Shown here: positions 9,012-16,084 of the stretch, piece by piece | Numbering within the stretch: the stretch's first letter is position 1 | Layout of the letters: each line of letters opens with the position of its first letter | From: Candidatus Methylomirabilis oxygeniifera | Lineage (GTDB): Bacteria > Methylomirabilota > Methylomirabilia > Methylomirabilales > Methylomirabilaceae | Assembly: GCA_000091165.1 (NCBI GenBank) | Contig: FP565575.1 | Location: forward strand, 1,440,001 to 1,472,000 | DNA: 32,000 nucleotides | Reading direction: 5' to 3' | Translations under genes and position numbers: made by a program | The notes under the pieces: model-generated | Databases searched by the model: none | The model's input: only the letters and a program-made list of their open reading frames with translations | What the model was told of the DNA's origin: nothing

Positions 9012-9947
9012 ATGACACAGCATTCGAAATGGATTGATCGCTCGAGTCTCCGGCGGATGAGGCGCCGCGGCCTGTGGCTGGCGATACTGGTTCTGATCGG
9101 AACGCTGTCCTGTACTTCCTGTATTGGCGGCGCTGAAAGACCTGCGCATGGTGAGACCTTTGCCGCCTCCACCGCTCCAGTCGCCGCCGAGGAACTGGTC
9201 CGGGTCAAACGAGTCTACGACGGAGATACCGTCCTGCTCGAAGATGGCCGGACGGTTCGGTATCTGGGCATCAACACACCCGAATATCAGGAGCCATTCT
9301 ATTTAAAAGCCAAACAGCTCAACGAGTCGCTCGTCATGGGGAAAGAGATTCGATTGGAGTTCGATCAGGAGAAGACGGATAGTCGTGATCGGCTCCTGGC
9401 CTATGTCTATGCGGGAGGCGAGATGGTCAATGCCAGGTTGATTCAGGAGGGCCTGGCGCACGCCTTCTTTATCGGGCCGAATCGGAAGCATAACGCCCTG
9501 CTCCTTCGACTTCAGGCTGAGGCCAAACAACGCAAGGTCGGTATCTGGTCTTCCAGGGGTCGCGTGAAAGATCTGAAGATTACCACCGTTCACCCTACCG
9601 ATCCGACGAAAGACGACCGATATCCTGCCTACGTCCGGATCGCTAGTCTTAGCAACGCCACAATCAGGTTGGCAGACTATGTGCTGTCGAATGAAGGAGA
9701 CCAACGATGCCGCTTCCCTGACGTGAGCCTAGAGCCGGGTTACACGGTGATCGCATCCAGCGGGAGTGGATCGGATGGCGTTGACAGTAGGGGACAACTG
9801 GTCGTCTACTGTTCTGGGCTGGTATGGGACGAAAGAGAGGATACCGCCTTTCTCAAGGATCCGGCTGGGAACCTTGTGGATACCTTCCATTACAAGGGCA
9901 AGCGGGTCAGACGATCGAGTTCACACCCCAAAGGCAAGGCTCCCTAA
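9012..9947 (+). CDS. Secreted thermonuclease-like (SNase) protein with C-terminal lamin-tail-like domain
   Basis: Lipoprotein/signal-like N-terminus (IGTLSCTSCIGG), VKRVYDGDTVLLEDGRTVRYLGINTPE, RDRLLAYVYAGGEMVNARLIQEGLAHAF; C-terminus YPAYVRIASLSNATIRLADYVLSNEGDQRCRFPDVSLEPGYTVIASSG...VDTFHYKG resembles LTD domains. Confidence 0.85.
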   Translation: MTQHSKWIDRSSLRRMRRRGLWLAILVLIGTLSCTSCIGGAERPAHGETFAASTAPVAAEELVRVKRVYDGDTVLLEDGRTVRYLGINTPEYQEPFYLKAKQLNESLVMGKEIRLEFDQEKTDSRDRLLAYVYAGGEMVNARLIQEGLAHAFFIGPNRKHNALLLRLQAEAKQRKVGIWSSRGRVKDLKITTVHPTDPTKDDRYPAYVRIASLSNATIRLADYVLSNEGDQRCRFPDVSLEPGYTVIASSGSGSDGVDSRGQLVVYCSGLVWDEREDTAFLKDPAGNLVDTFHYKGKRVRRSSSHPKGKAP

Positions 9948-10074
9948 ATCGGGATACGGGAGAGCAATCCAAGTCTGAAAATCCAAGCGGCACAATCCTT
10001 CATTGATGAGCACTGCAATGAAAGCCGCAACGCTTGGTACGGGCGCTGCGGGTCTTGTCTTATACACCTGATAC

Positions 10075-10095
10075 TGCTATATTGTGTGTATAGCA
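10075..10095 (+). promoter_or_regulatory. Putative VapB operator palindrome
   Basis: TGCTATA-TTGTGTG-TATAGCA: perfect 7-bp inverted repeat just before the RBS of vapB. Confidence 0.55.
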
Positions 10096-10111
10096 TAAAG
10101 GAGGTATGTCG

Positions 10112-10312
10112 ATGCTCAGAACCAATATCGAACTTGACGAAGAACTCGTGAACGAGGCGATGAAGCTTACTCATCTGAAGACTAAGAAGGAACTTGTCAA
10201 CTACGCCCTCAAAGAACTTGTGCGCAAAGTCAAGCGAAGGGATCTTCTCTCTTTCGAGGGTAAGGTGAAATGGGAAGGCAACCTCTATGAGATGAGGAAA
10301 AGCAGAGCGTGA
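10112..10312 (+). CDS. vapB: VapB-family antitoxin
   Basis: MLRTNIELDEELVNEAMKLTHLKTKKELVNYALKELVRKVKRRDLLSFEGKVKWEGNLYEMRKSRA. The ATG at 10112 has better RBS spacing (AGGAGG) than 10106. Confidence 0.9.
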   Translation: MLRTNIELDEELVNEAMKLTHLKTKKELVNYALKELVRKVKRRDLLSFEGKVKWEGNLYEMRKSRA

Positions 10313-10707
10313 TCCTCGTGGATACCAGTGTATGGGTGGACTTCCTGAGGGGCGAGGACTCCTCCCAACGCTGGGTGCTCCACAGACTCATCGAGGACGA
10401 AGCAGATATCTCGATTACTGAGATTATCTTTACGGAAATTCTCCAGGGGATCAAGCACGACGGAGAATTTCAGGCAATAAGGGACTATCTCCTCGAGTTT
10501 CCAATCTATAGGCCGAAAGACATCGAGACCTACCTTCATGCGGCCAGGATTTACAGGGACTGTCGAAAAAAAGGCAAGACAGTGAGGAAGACGGTTGACT
10601 GCATCATCGCCGCCATTTGCATTGAAAACGATCTTACCCTCCTTCATAAAGACAGCGACTTCGACCTCATTCAGGCGTGTACGGGGCTTCAGGCGGTCGA
10701 GGTGTAG
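10309..10707 (+). CDS. vapC: VapC-family PIN-domain toxin ribonuclease
   Basis: MILVDTSVWVDFLRG...ITEIIFTEILQGI...RKTVDCIIAAICIENDLTLLHKDSDFDLI contains PIN acidic motifs. Overlaps vapB by 4 nt. Confidence 0.93.
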   Translation: MILVDTSVWVDFLRGEDSSQRWVLHRLIEDEADISITEIIFTEILQGIKHDGEFQAIRDYLLEFPIYRPKDIETYLHAARIYRDCRKKGKTVRKTVDCIIAAICIENDLTLLHKDSDFDLIQACTGLQAVEV

Positions 10708-10828
10708 GCATACGATGCAACGGACAGGGAAAACGCTTCCTGCCTGAACCAACGGGTTGTCAACCCTCTTGCCCGTAGGACAGCGAAGACGAACGCTCGC
10801 TCGACGTGATACTGCTGGCGGAGCCACA

Positions 10829-11164
10829 ATGAAGGCGATGCGAACACGGAATGTGGGCAAGTTGATCGAACAGATGGTTCGGGTAATCATCCGGAAGTTT
10901 AACCCGGAGCGCATCATCTTATTCGGATCTCATGCTCGTGGCGAGGCCGGACCGGATAGCGACGTAGATCTCCTCATCGTGATGCCAGTAGAAGGTTCGA
11001 GAAGGCAAAAGGCAGTCGAGATCGGGGTGGCGCTGCACGATATACGCCTACCCAAAGACATCATCGTGACGACTCCTGAGGACTTCGAGTGGCGCAAGGA
11101 GATCGTAGGCACGATCGAACGGCCTGCGGTACGGGAAGGAAGAGTCCTCTATGCCCGCATATGA
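10829..11164 (+). CDS. Nucleotidyltransferase (MNT) domain protein of a HEPN/MNT pair
   Basis: ERIILFGSHARGEAGPDSDVDLLIVM carries intact GSx10DxD. Confidence 0.9.
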   Translation: MKAMRTRNVGKLIEQMVRVIIRKFNPERIILFGSHARGEAGPDSDVDLLIVMPVEGSRRQKAVEIGVALHDIRLPKDIIVTTPEDFEWRKEIVGTIERPAVREGRVLYARI

Positions 11165-11576
11165 ACGGGCCCTCGCCGTCGTTCGCGGGTGGGTCGAGAA
11201 GGCAGAGAGCGACCTGGCAAATGCGACTCTCGCCCTGGGAGCAGGCAAGACGTGCCCGGCCGATACGGTCGCTTTCCACGCCCAGCAGTGTGCGGAGAAG
11301 TACCTGAAGGCCTTTCTGGCCTTCAGGGGACTGGACTTTCCGAGGACCCACGATATCGGGGAATTGGTCGCATTGATAGGTACAGGTGTGCGCGTTCAGT
11401 TGTCAGTCCAGGAACAACGCCAACTGACGTCGTATGGGACGGTGACGCGGTATCCGGGAGACTACGAGCCGATTACGGTTACAGAGGCTCGCCGGGCCGT
11501 CGCGCTGGCGCGTCGCGTCCGCGCTGCGGTCAGGAAGCTCCCGCCGAAAGACACGCTTCCGAAGGAGAGGAAGTAG
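11151..11576 (+). CDS. HEPN domain protein partner of MNT
   Basis: WVEKAESDLANATLAL...PADTVAFHAQQCAEKYLKAFLAFRGLDFPRTHDIGELVAL...TRYPGDYEP is typical HEPN. Overlaps the MNT gene by 14 nt. Confidence 0.9.
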   Translation: MPAYERALAVVRGWVEKAESDLANATLALGAGKTCPADTVAFHAQQCAEKYLKAFLAFRGLDFPRTHDIGELVALIGTGVRVQLSVQEQRQLTSYGTVTRYPGDYEPITVTEARRAVALARRVRAAVRKLPPKDTLPKERK

Positions 11577-11690
11577 CCGATGGAACCGTGGTGCAGGCTG
11601 ATCAGATTTATACCGGGACAGGCGTGGTTCTATCCAATTCGCCATGGCGCAAACGCCTTGCACTGCCGTTAGACGGAGCTAGGGCATCGT

Positions 11691-12571
11691 ATGGCAACTC
11701 AGATCGAAGAAGATGCAGGTTTGCTGCTTGGGGCGCTTGCCGAAGAGCCGCGGGATAGCTATGTCAGTGGCGGCCATCTCCAGCAGAAGACCGGCCTCGA
11801 TCCAGGACGAATCAACGATGCGATAGCCATTCTCGTCGACTCCGGACTGGCTGAGTGGCTACAGGTTATGGGCACAGCGCCGTTTGATTTCGGTAAGGCA
11901 GCTATTACCCCACGTGGTCGATACGAGTATCAACGAGCCATCGAAGAGAAGAAGATAGCAGCAGAGAGACAGCCGCCGGGCGGTATGCCTCGGACAACAA
12001 TTGCGGCAGTCGCTGGCGCGATCCGTCCTCCGGTACCTGTGGGTTTTCACCGTATGGGTTTACCGACGAGGACTGGGAGATCGTTGCCGATCGCAAGGCA
12101 AAACAAGAGCAGCTTCGGGTTGTCTTGGGCTACCAGTTCGAGTCGGAACACTACGACTCAACCAGGCTCAAACAGAACATCGAGACCTCGTTTAAAAATG
12201 CCGTCACCGAATACAACAAACGCCCGTTCGATCCTTGCGTGTCATTGGAGTTCAAGCCTCTTGCGGCTGGCTATGGGGAGCATCTCTTCAATGAGATCGC
12301 CCGTGACATCATAAGCGCAGACATCGCGGTCTTCGAAGCGCCTGACCTGAACTCAAACGTCATGGTCGAGATGGGCGTGGCTCTCACCTGGGGCGTTCGT
12401 GTCCTGCCCATTAAGGCGGCTGGTAGACCGAAGCCTCCGTCTGATGTGTCCGGTCACACTTGGGCAGATTACGAGGACAGTGCTTCGAGATTTTGCGACC
12501 CTGACCATCAGTCGAAAGTCGTTCACATGATCCAGAGAGCGATTCGTAAGAAGGGGAAGAGCTCCGTCTAG
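11691..12571 (+). pseudogene. wHTH + nucleoside deoxyribosyltransferase/TIR-like protein, reading frame changes by -1 at about 12041-12047 (frameshifted or programmed)
   Basis: Frame A: MATQIEEDAGLLLGALAEEPRDSYVSGGHLQQKTGLDPGRINDAIAILVDSGLAEWLQVMGTAPFDFGKAAITPRGRYEYQR...RPPVPVG. Frame B continues without an intervening start: FSPYGFTDEDWEIVADRKAKQEQLRVVLGYQFESEHYDSTRLKQNIETSFKNAV...ISADIAVFEAPDLNSNVMVEMGVALTWGVRVLPIKA. The join coincides with G GGT TTT. Confidence 0.75.
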
Positions 12572-12578
12572 CCGAGTT

Positions 12579-12610
12579 GTCGGGTTACGCTGCGCTAACC
12601 CGACCTACGG
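12579..12610. repeat. Dispersed palindromic repeat, copy 2 (GTCGGGTTACGCTGCGCTAACCCGACCTACGG)
   Basis: 31/32 nt identity with 2138..2169. Arms GTCGGGTTA/TAACCCGAC. Confidence 0.8.
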
Positions 12611-12629
12611 ATGCAATACCCAACAACCG

Positions 12630-13646
12630 TCACTTTAGGGCCTTTTCCAGAATCTTGCGGAGCTCGGTGCTGGGTTTCGCGAAGCCGAATCGATCATTGG
12701 GAGAGACCCCGTACAGCATCCCCACCACCTCACGCTTCAGATTGAGCAGTGGCGCCCCGCTGCAGCCTTGTTGGATCCCGTCGGACTGAAAATCGGCGCT
12801 GAACGCCTGGCCGCCGTTCAGCGACTTTTCGAAAATTCCGACCCGTCCCCGGATGTCCCCAATCGGCCCACACACGGTGCCGATCACTGTTTCGTTCTGG
12901 AGAAGTTCAGGCCGATCCGGTAGGGCGGCAGCCGGAAGTGGTCGAGTAACTCTCTGCAGTCGGAGCAGCAGGATGTCTGAACTCCCCAGGCGCCTTGCAA
13001 TGTCGGCAGCATATTCCTTGCTCAGGTGCATGACTCGGATGCTGCCCCCCCTGTCCAGATGCGCGTTGGTCAGTACATACCCTCGAGCGTCCGCGATAAA
13101 TCCGTGCGCAAAGCTTTTGACGCTCCCTTCGCCATCGACATTCTCAACGGTCACGAGGAACGGCGGCGCCTGCTCCAGCGTCCGCCGCATCTCTTCTTCC
13201 TCAGGGCGCACGAGGTTGATACTCTCTTTCTCCGCCTCTTTTTGAATCTTCTCGATAGCCTGAATGGCATTGACGCGCTGATTGAGATCCTCGATGCTTC
13301 TGGCGATCCGAATCGCCTCCTCAATTTCACCGCATTCCCCTGCAAGCGAGACAGCAATCCAGTACTGCTGCATGGAACGCGCTAACGGTGAGGCAATGAC
13401 TCGTGACAGCGTTAAGGCCTCCTGAAGTACTCGGATTCCAGGCTCTTTGGGAAACGACTGACACATCATCTTGCCGATACCGGACACCGATTGCGTCTGC
13501 TCCTCCTTGTCACGTATCGACCGAGCCTGCTCCAGCAGAGCGGAAAATCTTTTCTCGATTGCCGTCTGAGCCTCACCCCAACTCAATCCGGGCATGCTCA
13601 GTGCAAGGCCCACGAGTACGGCGATCCGTGTCATCCGACGTTGCAT
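12630..13646 (-). CDS. Exported trypsin-like serine protease with helical N-terminal region
   Basis: Signal peptide MTRIAVLVGLALSMPGLSWGEA; GFIADARGYVLTNAHL (His), GSSDILLLRL (Asp), FQSDGIQQGCSGAPLLNLKREVVGML (Ser). Confidence 0.82.
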   Translation of the reverse strand: MQRRMTRIAVLVGLALSMPGLSWGEAQTAIEKRFSALLEQARSIRDKEEQTQSVSGIGKMMCQSFPKEPGIRVLQEALTLSRVIASPLARSMQQYWIAVSLAGECGEIEEAIRIARSIEDLNQRVNAIQAIEKIQKEAEKESINLVRPEEEEMRRTLEQAPPFLVTVENVDGEGSVKSFAHGFIADARGYVLTNAHLDRGGSIRVMHLSKEYAADIARRLGSSDILLLRLQRVTRPLPAAALPDRPELLQNETVIGTVCGPIGDIRGRVGIFEKSLNGGQAFSADFQSDGIQQGCSGAPLLNLKREVVGMLYGVSPNDRFGFAKPSTELRKILEKALK

Positions 13647-13892
13647 CTACCCTATCTCCTCATTTCACCTTGAAGTCCTCGCGCTCGTTCTATGGCGCCG
13701 GTGCGCGGCTCTTTCACGCGATAGAATTACCAAAGGATATCAAAAAAGGAGGTGAAACGAAAGGACGCCAGCGACCTGTGGGCTCCCGATCTTGTCGAGA
13801 TACGCACATTACGATCATCGTCACGGATGGCTACCGCACCGGAGCCACACTACGGCTACTCCCGATCGACGGCAGTTACATCTTAAAAGGTA

Positions 13893-14336
13893 TTATGGGG
13901 TTCGGGCGATTTCGACGTGGAGAATGTTCAGGTCTTCAGCTTCGGCTGCTCGAAGTAAACGCTCGTCGGCCGCGGCAAACGTGATGTCTTCACCGAGTGC
14001 GTTCTTGAGGCTGATGGCGGAGGCCAGATGAACGGCATCGAAACCTTTGAGGGGATGCTGCCGGATCAGATCGCGTGCAAGAAATAGGATGTCGTCGTGC
14101 AGTTCTACTCGGATGTAGGCCTGCCAATCGGCTTCAAATTGCCGGTAGGCGAGGCCATACTGGACATCGGAGAGGTGGCCTTCGCGGAGTTTACGGGTAA
14201 GGCCGGCATAGACTTCGGCATACGCAATCTTGGCCGTTGCGATGGGCCCCTCTCGTTTCACGAGGCTCTGCACCAGCGGCGAACCCTTTTCGGCGACAAA
14301 CCGCTTGATAAGGGCGCTGGTGTCCAGGTAGTTCAT
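13893..14336 (-). CDS. PIN-domain toxin (VapC-like)
   Basis: MNYLDTSALIKRFVAEKGS...AKIAYAEVYAGLTRKLREG...LKGFDAVHLASAISLKNALGEDITFAAADERLLRAAE. Confidence 0.92.
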   Translation of the reverse strand: MNYLDTSALIKRFVAEKGSPLVQSLVKREGPIATAKIAYAEVYAGLTRKLREGHLSDVQYGLAYRQFEADWQAYIRVELHDDILFLARDLIRQHPLKGFDAVHLASAISLKNALGEDITFAAADERLLRAAEAEDLNILHVEIARTP

Positions 14337-14614
14337 CGCCGATCTTCGAGGATGGTTTTTGAAATCGGAGTTCCGGTGACTTTGGCCAGGTGGACTTTCT
14401 TTACGGGTTTTTCGGTTGGCAACGTAATCATGCCTTGAGCTGCCAGCTTGGCCAGCTTGGCCTCCCGGCTTACGACGTGCTCTGCGGACTTGATGGATTG
14501 GATCAGAGCGATCGGTTTGCCCCGTTCTGTCACGATCACTTCCTCGCCTTTTTTCGTCCGCTGGAGATATTGCGTAAGCCGATTTTTGAGTTCCTTGACG
14601 CCAACGCTGCTCAT
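14333..14614 (-). CDS. Phd/YefM-family antitoxin
   Basis: MSSVGVKELKNRLTQYLQRTKKGEEVIVTERGKPIALIQSI. Overlaps the toxin by 4 nt; ATG at 14614 is preceded by GAGAGG. Starts at 14620/14623 are also possible. Confidence 0.9.
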   Translation of the reverse strand: MSSVGVKELKNRLTQYLQRTKKGEEVIVTERGKPIALIQSIKSAEHVVSREAKLAKLAAQGMITLPTEKPVKKVHLAKVTGTPISKTILEDRR

Positions 14615-14629
14615 AGACATCACCTCTCT

Positions 14630-14648
14630 AGTAGCTAGAGTAGCTACT
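14630..14648 (-). promoter_or_regulatory. Putative Phd operator palindrome
   Basis: AGTAGCTA-GAG-TAGCTACT: perfect 8-bp inverted repeat abutting the antitoxin RBS. Confidence 0.6.
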
Positions 14649-14787
14649 TATAACAAGACTGTCAATGTTTATCGTGTCTGACTGACGGCAAGGATTGCAA
14701 GTCGGTCGAGAGCTAAGGAAGCGCATCCCGCGGCACCTCTCGATCTTCACTTCAAGAAGTTTTCAAGAATTTTGCGGAGCTCGGTGC

Positions 14788-15081
14788 CTGGAAGTCGTTC
14801 AGGCGCTGACGGAGAAGCTTCCCGGCGTACGGCCGATTACCGTCCACTGGTCCGGATGCCCAGCCGGATGCGGCAATCATCAGGGCGCCAACATCGGCCT
14901 GCAAGGCACGAAGATCAGAATCAACGGCAAAACGGTCGAGGCGGTCCACATCTACGTAGGTGAACGATCCGGGCCAAAGCCCCAGATCGGTCAGATGATC
15001 ATGGCAGATGTCCCGTACAGCGAGCTGTCCCACGTCATGGAAGGGCTCGTACAGTTCTATCCCCGGAAGAGACCCACGTAG
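14788..15081 (+). pseudogene. C-terminal remnant of ferredoxin-type nitrite/sulfite reductase
   Basis: LEVVQALTEKLPGVRPITVHWSGCPAGCGNHQGANIGLQGTKIRINGKTVEAVHIYVGERSGPKPQIGQMIMADVPYSEL matches the [4Fe-4S]/siroheme CPxxCG half-domain. No N-terminal catalytic domains are present. Confidence 0.75.
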
Positions 15082-15229
15082 TAGAAGACGTCCCCGCCGT
15101 CTACCACGACTTCCCCTGTGAGCCTCCGGCCGCGACACACCCTCCCGATAGAAGAAGTCCGAGATAAACCGCTGGGCTTCTGCTATAGTAATATGGACTT
15201 GAACCTGGCGCATTTGGAGTGCATAGCTC

Positions 15230-15946
15230 ATGCGTAGTTCTATCGGATCCGACGCACTTACCGCCGAACGACCGTGGAAGCGGATGCGTGCGCCCAGCCT
15301 TGTCACAATCGGCTTTACGCTGTGGTTTCTTGCAGACCTCGTAACCCTCACAGGGTTGCTGCCACCAGGATCCCGCCCGTCGGATGCAAGCGCCGCAATC
15401 AGGATAGCCGCTGCTGCCCGGTCTACCACTCTCGTCGGTCAGCTTCTGGTCGCCAGGGATGAGCTTCGAGATCCGCGATTTGTCCACTCCGTCATCTATG
15501 TCGTGCACCACGATGCGGGAGGAGCGATGGGTCTCATCGTGAACAGACCGATCGGAGAGGTATCTCTATCCGAACTACTGGAACAAGCCGGGCTGGAACA
15601 TACGGGGATCAAGGGGAAGATCCGCGTTCACTTTGGAGGGCCCGTCGAACCGGGACAGGGATTCGTCCTGCATACGGCGGACTACACAATCGAGGGCACC
15701 GAGGTGATAGAGGGCGGCATCGCCGTCACAGCGAGATCCGAGATCCTCCGCGCCATAGCCACGGGAACCGGCCCGCGTCAGAGTCTCTTTGCGCTGGGCT
15801 ATGCGGGTTGGGCGCCAGGCCAGCTCGATGCCGAGATCAAAGCCGGGGCCTGGGAAATCGTTCCAGCCGATAAGATGCTCGTGTTCGACGAGAACGCCGA
15901 CACCAAATGGGAGCGCGCCATGGCCAGACGCACACTTTACCTCTGA
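15230..15946 (+). CDS. yqgE: YqgE/AlgH (UPF0301) family protein
   Basis: GQLLVARDELRDPRFVHSVIYVVHHDAGGAMGLIVNRPIGEVSLSELL...VHFGGPVEPGQGFVLH...ALGYAGWAPGQLDAEIKAGAWEIVPAD. Confidence 0.92.
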   Translation: MRSSIGSDALTAERPWKRMRAPSLVTIGFTLWFLADLVTLTGLLPPGSRPSDASAAIRIAAAARSTTLVGQLLVARDELRDPRFVHSVIYVVHHDAGGAMGLIVNRPIGEVSLSELLEQAGLEHTGIKGKIRVHFGGPVEPGQGFVLHTADYTIEGTEVIEGGIAVTARSEILRAIATGTGPRQSLFALGYAGWAPGQLDAEIKAGAWEIVPADKMLVFDENADTKWERAMARRTLYL

Positions 15947-16084
15947 TCGCCACGCGTTGTGCCGCTCTATAAAGTTGTATTCACAACCCGCCGATATATA
16001 CGTAGACCCCATTGAGGCACTCGACGCGCCGACTCGTCGCGCGCTTACTGCAGTGATGGCCCACACGGAAGGAGCCTTGTAGTC

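Noticed and set aside
10075-14648. Claim of a new multi-gene defence system
   Set aside because: Most parts are ordinary TA modules. Co-transcription and co-occurrence cannot be judged here, so it is reported only as a cluster worth checking.
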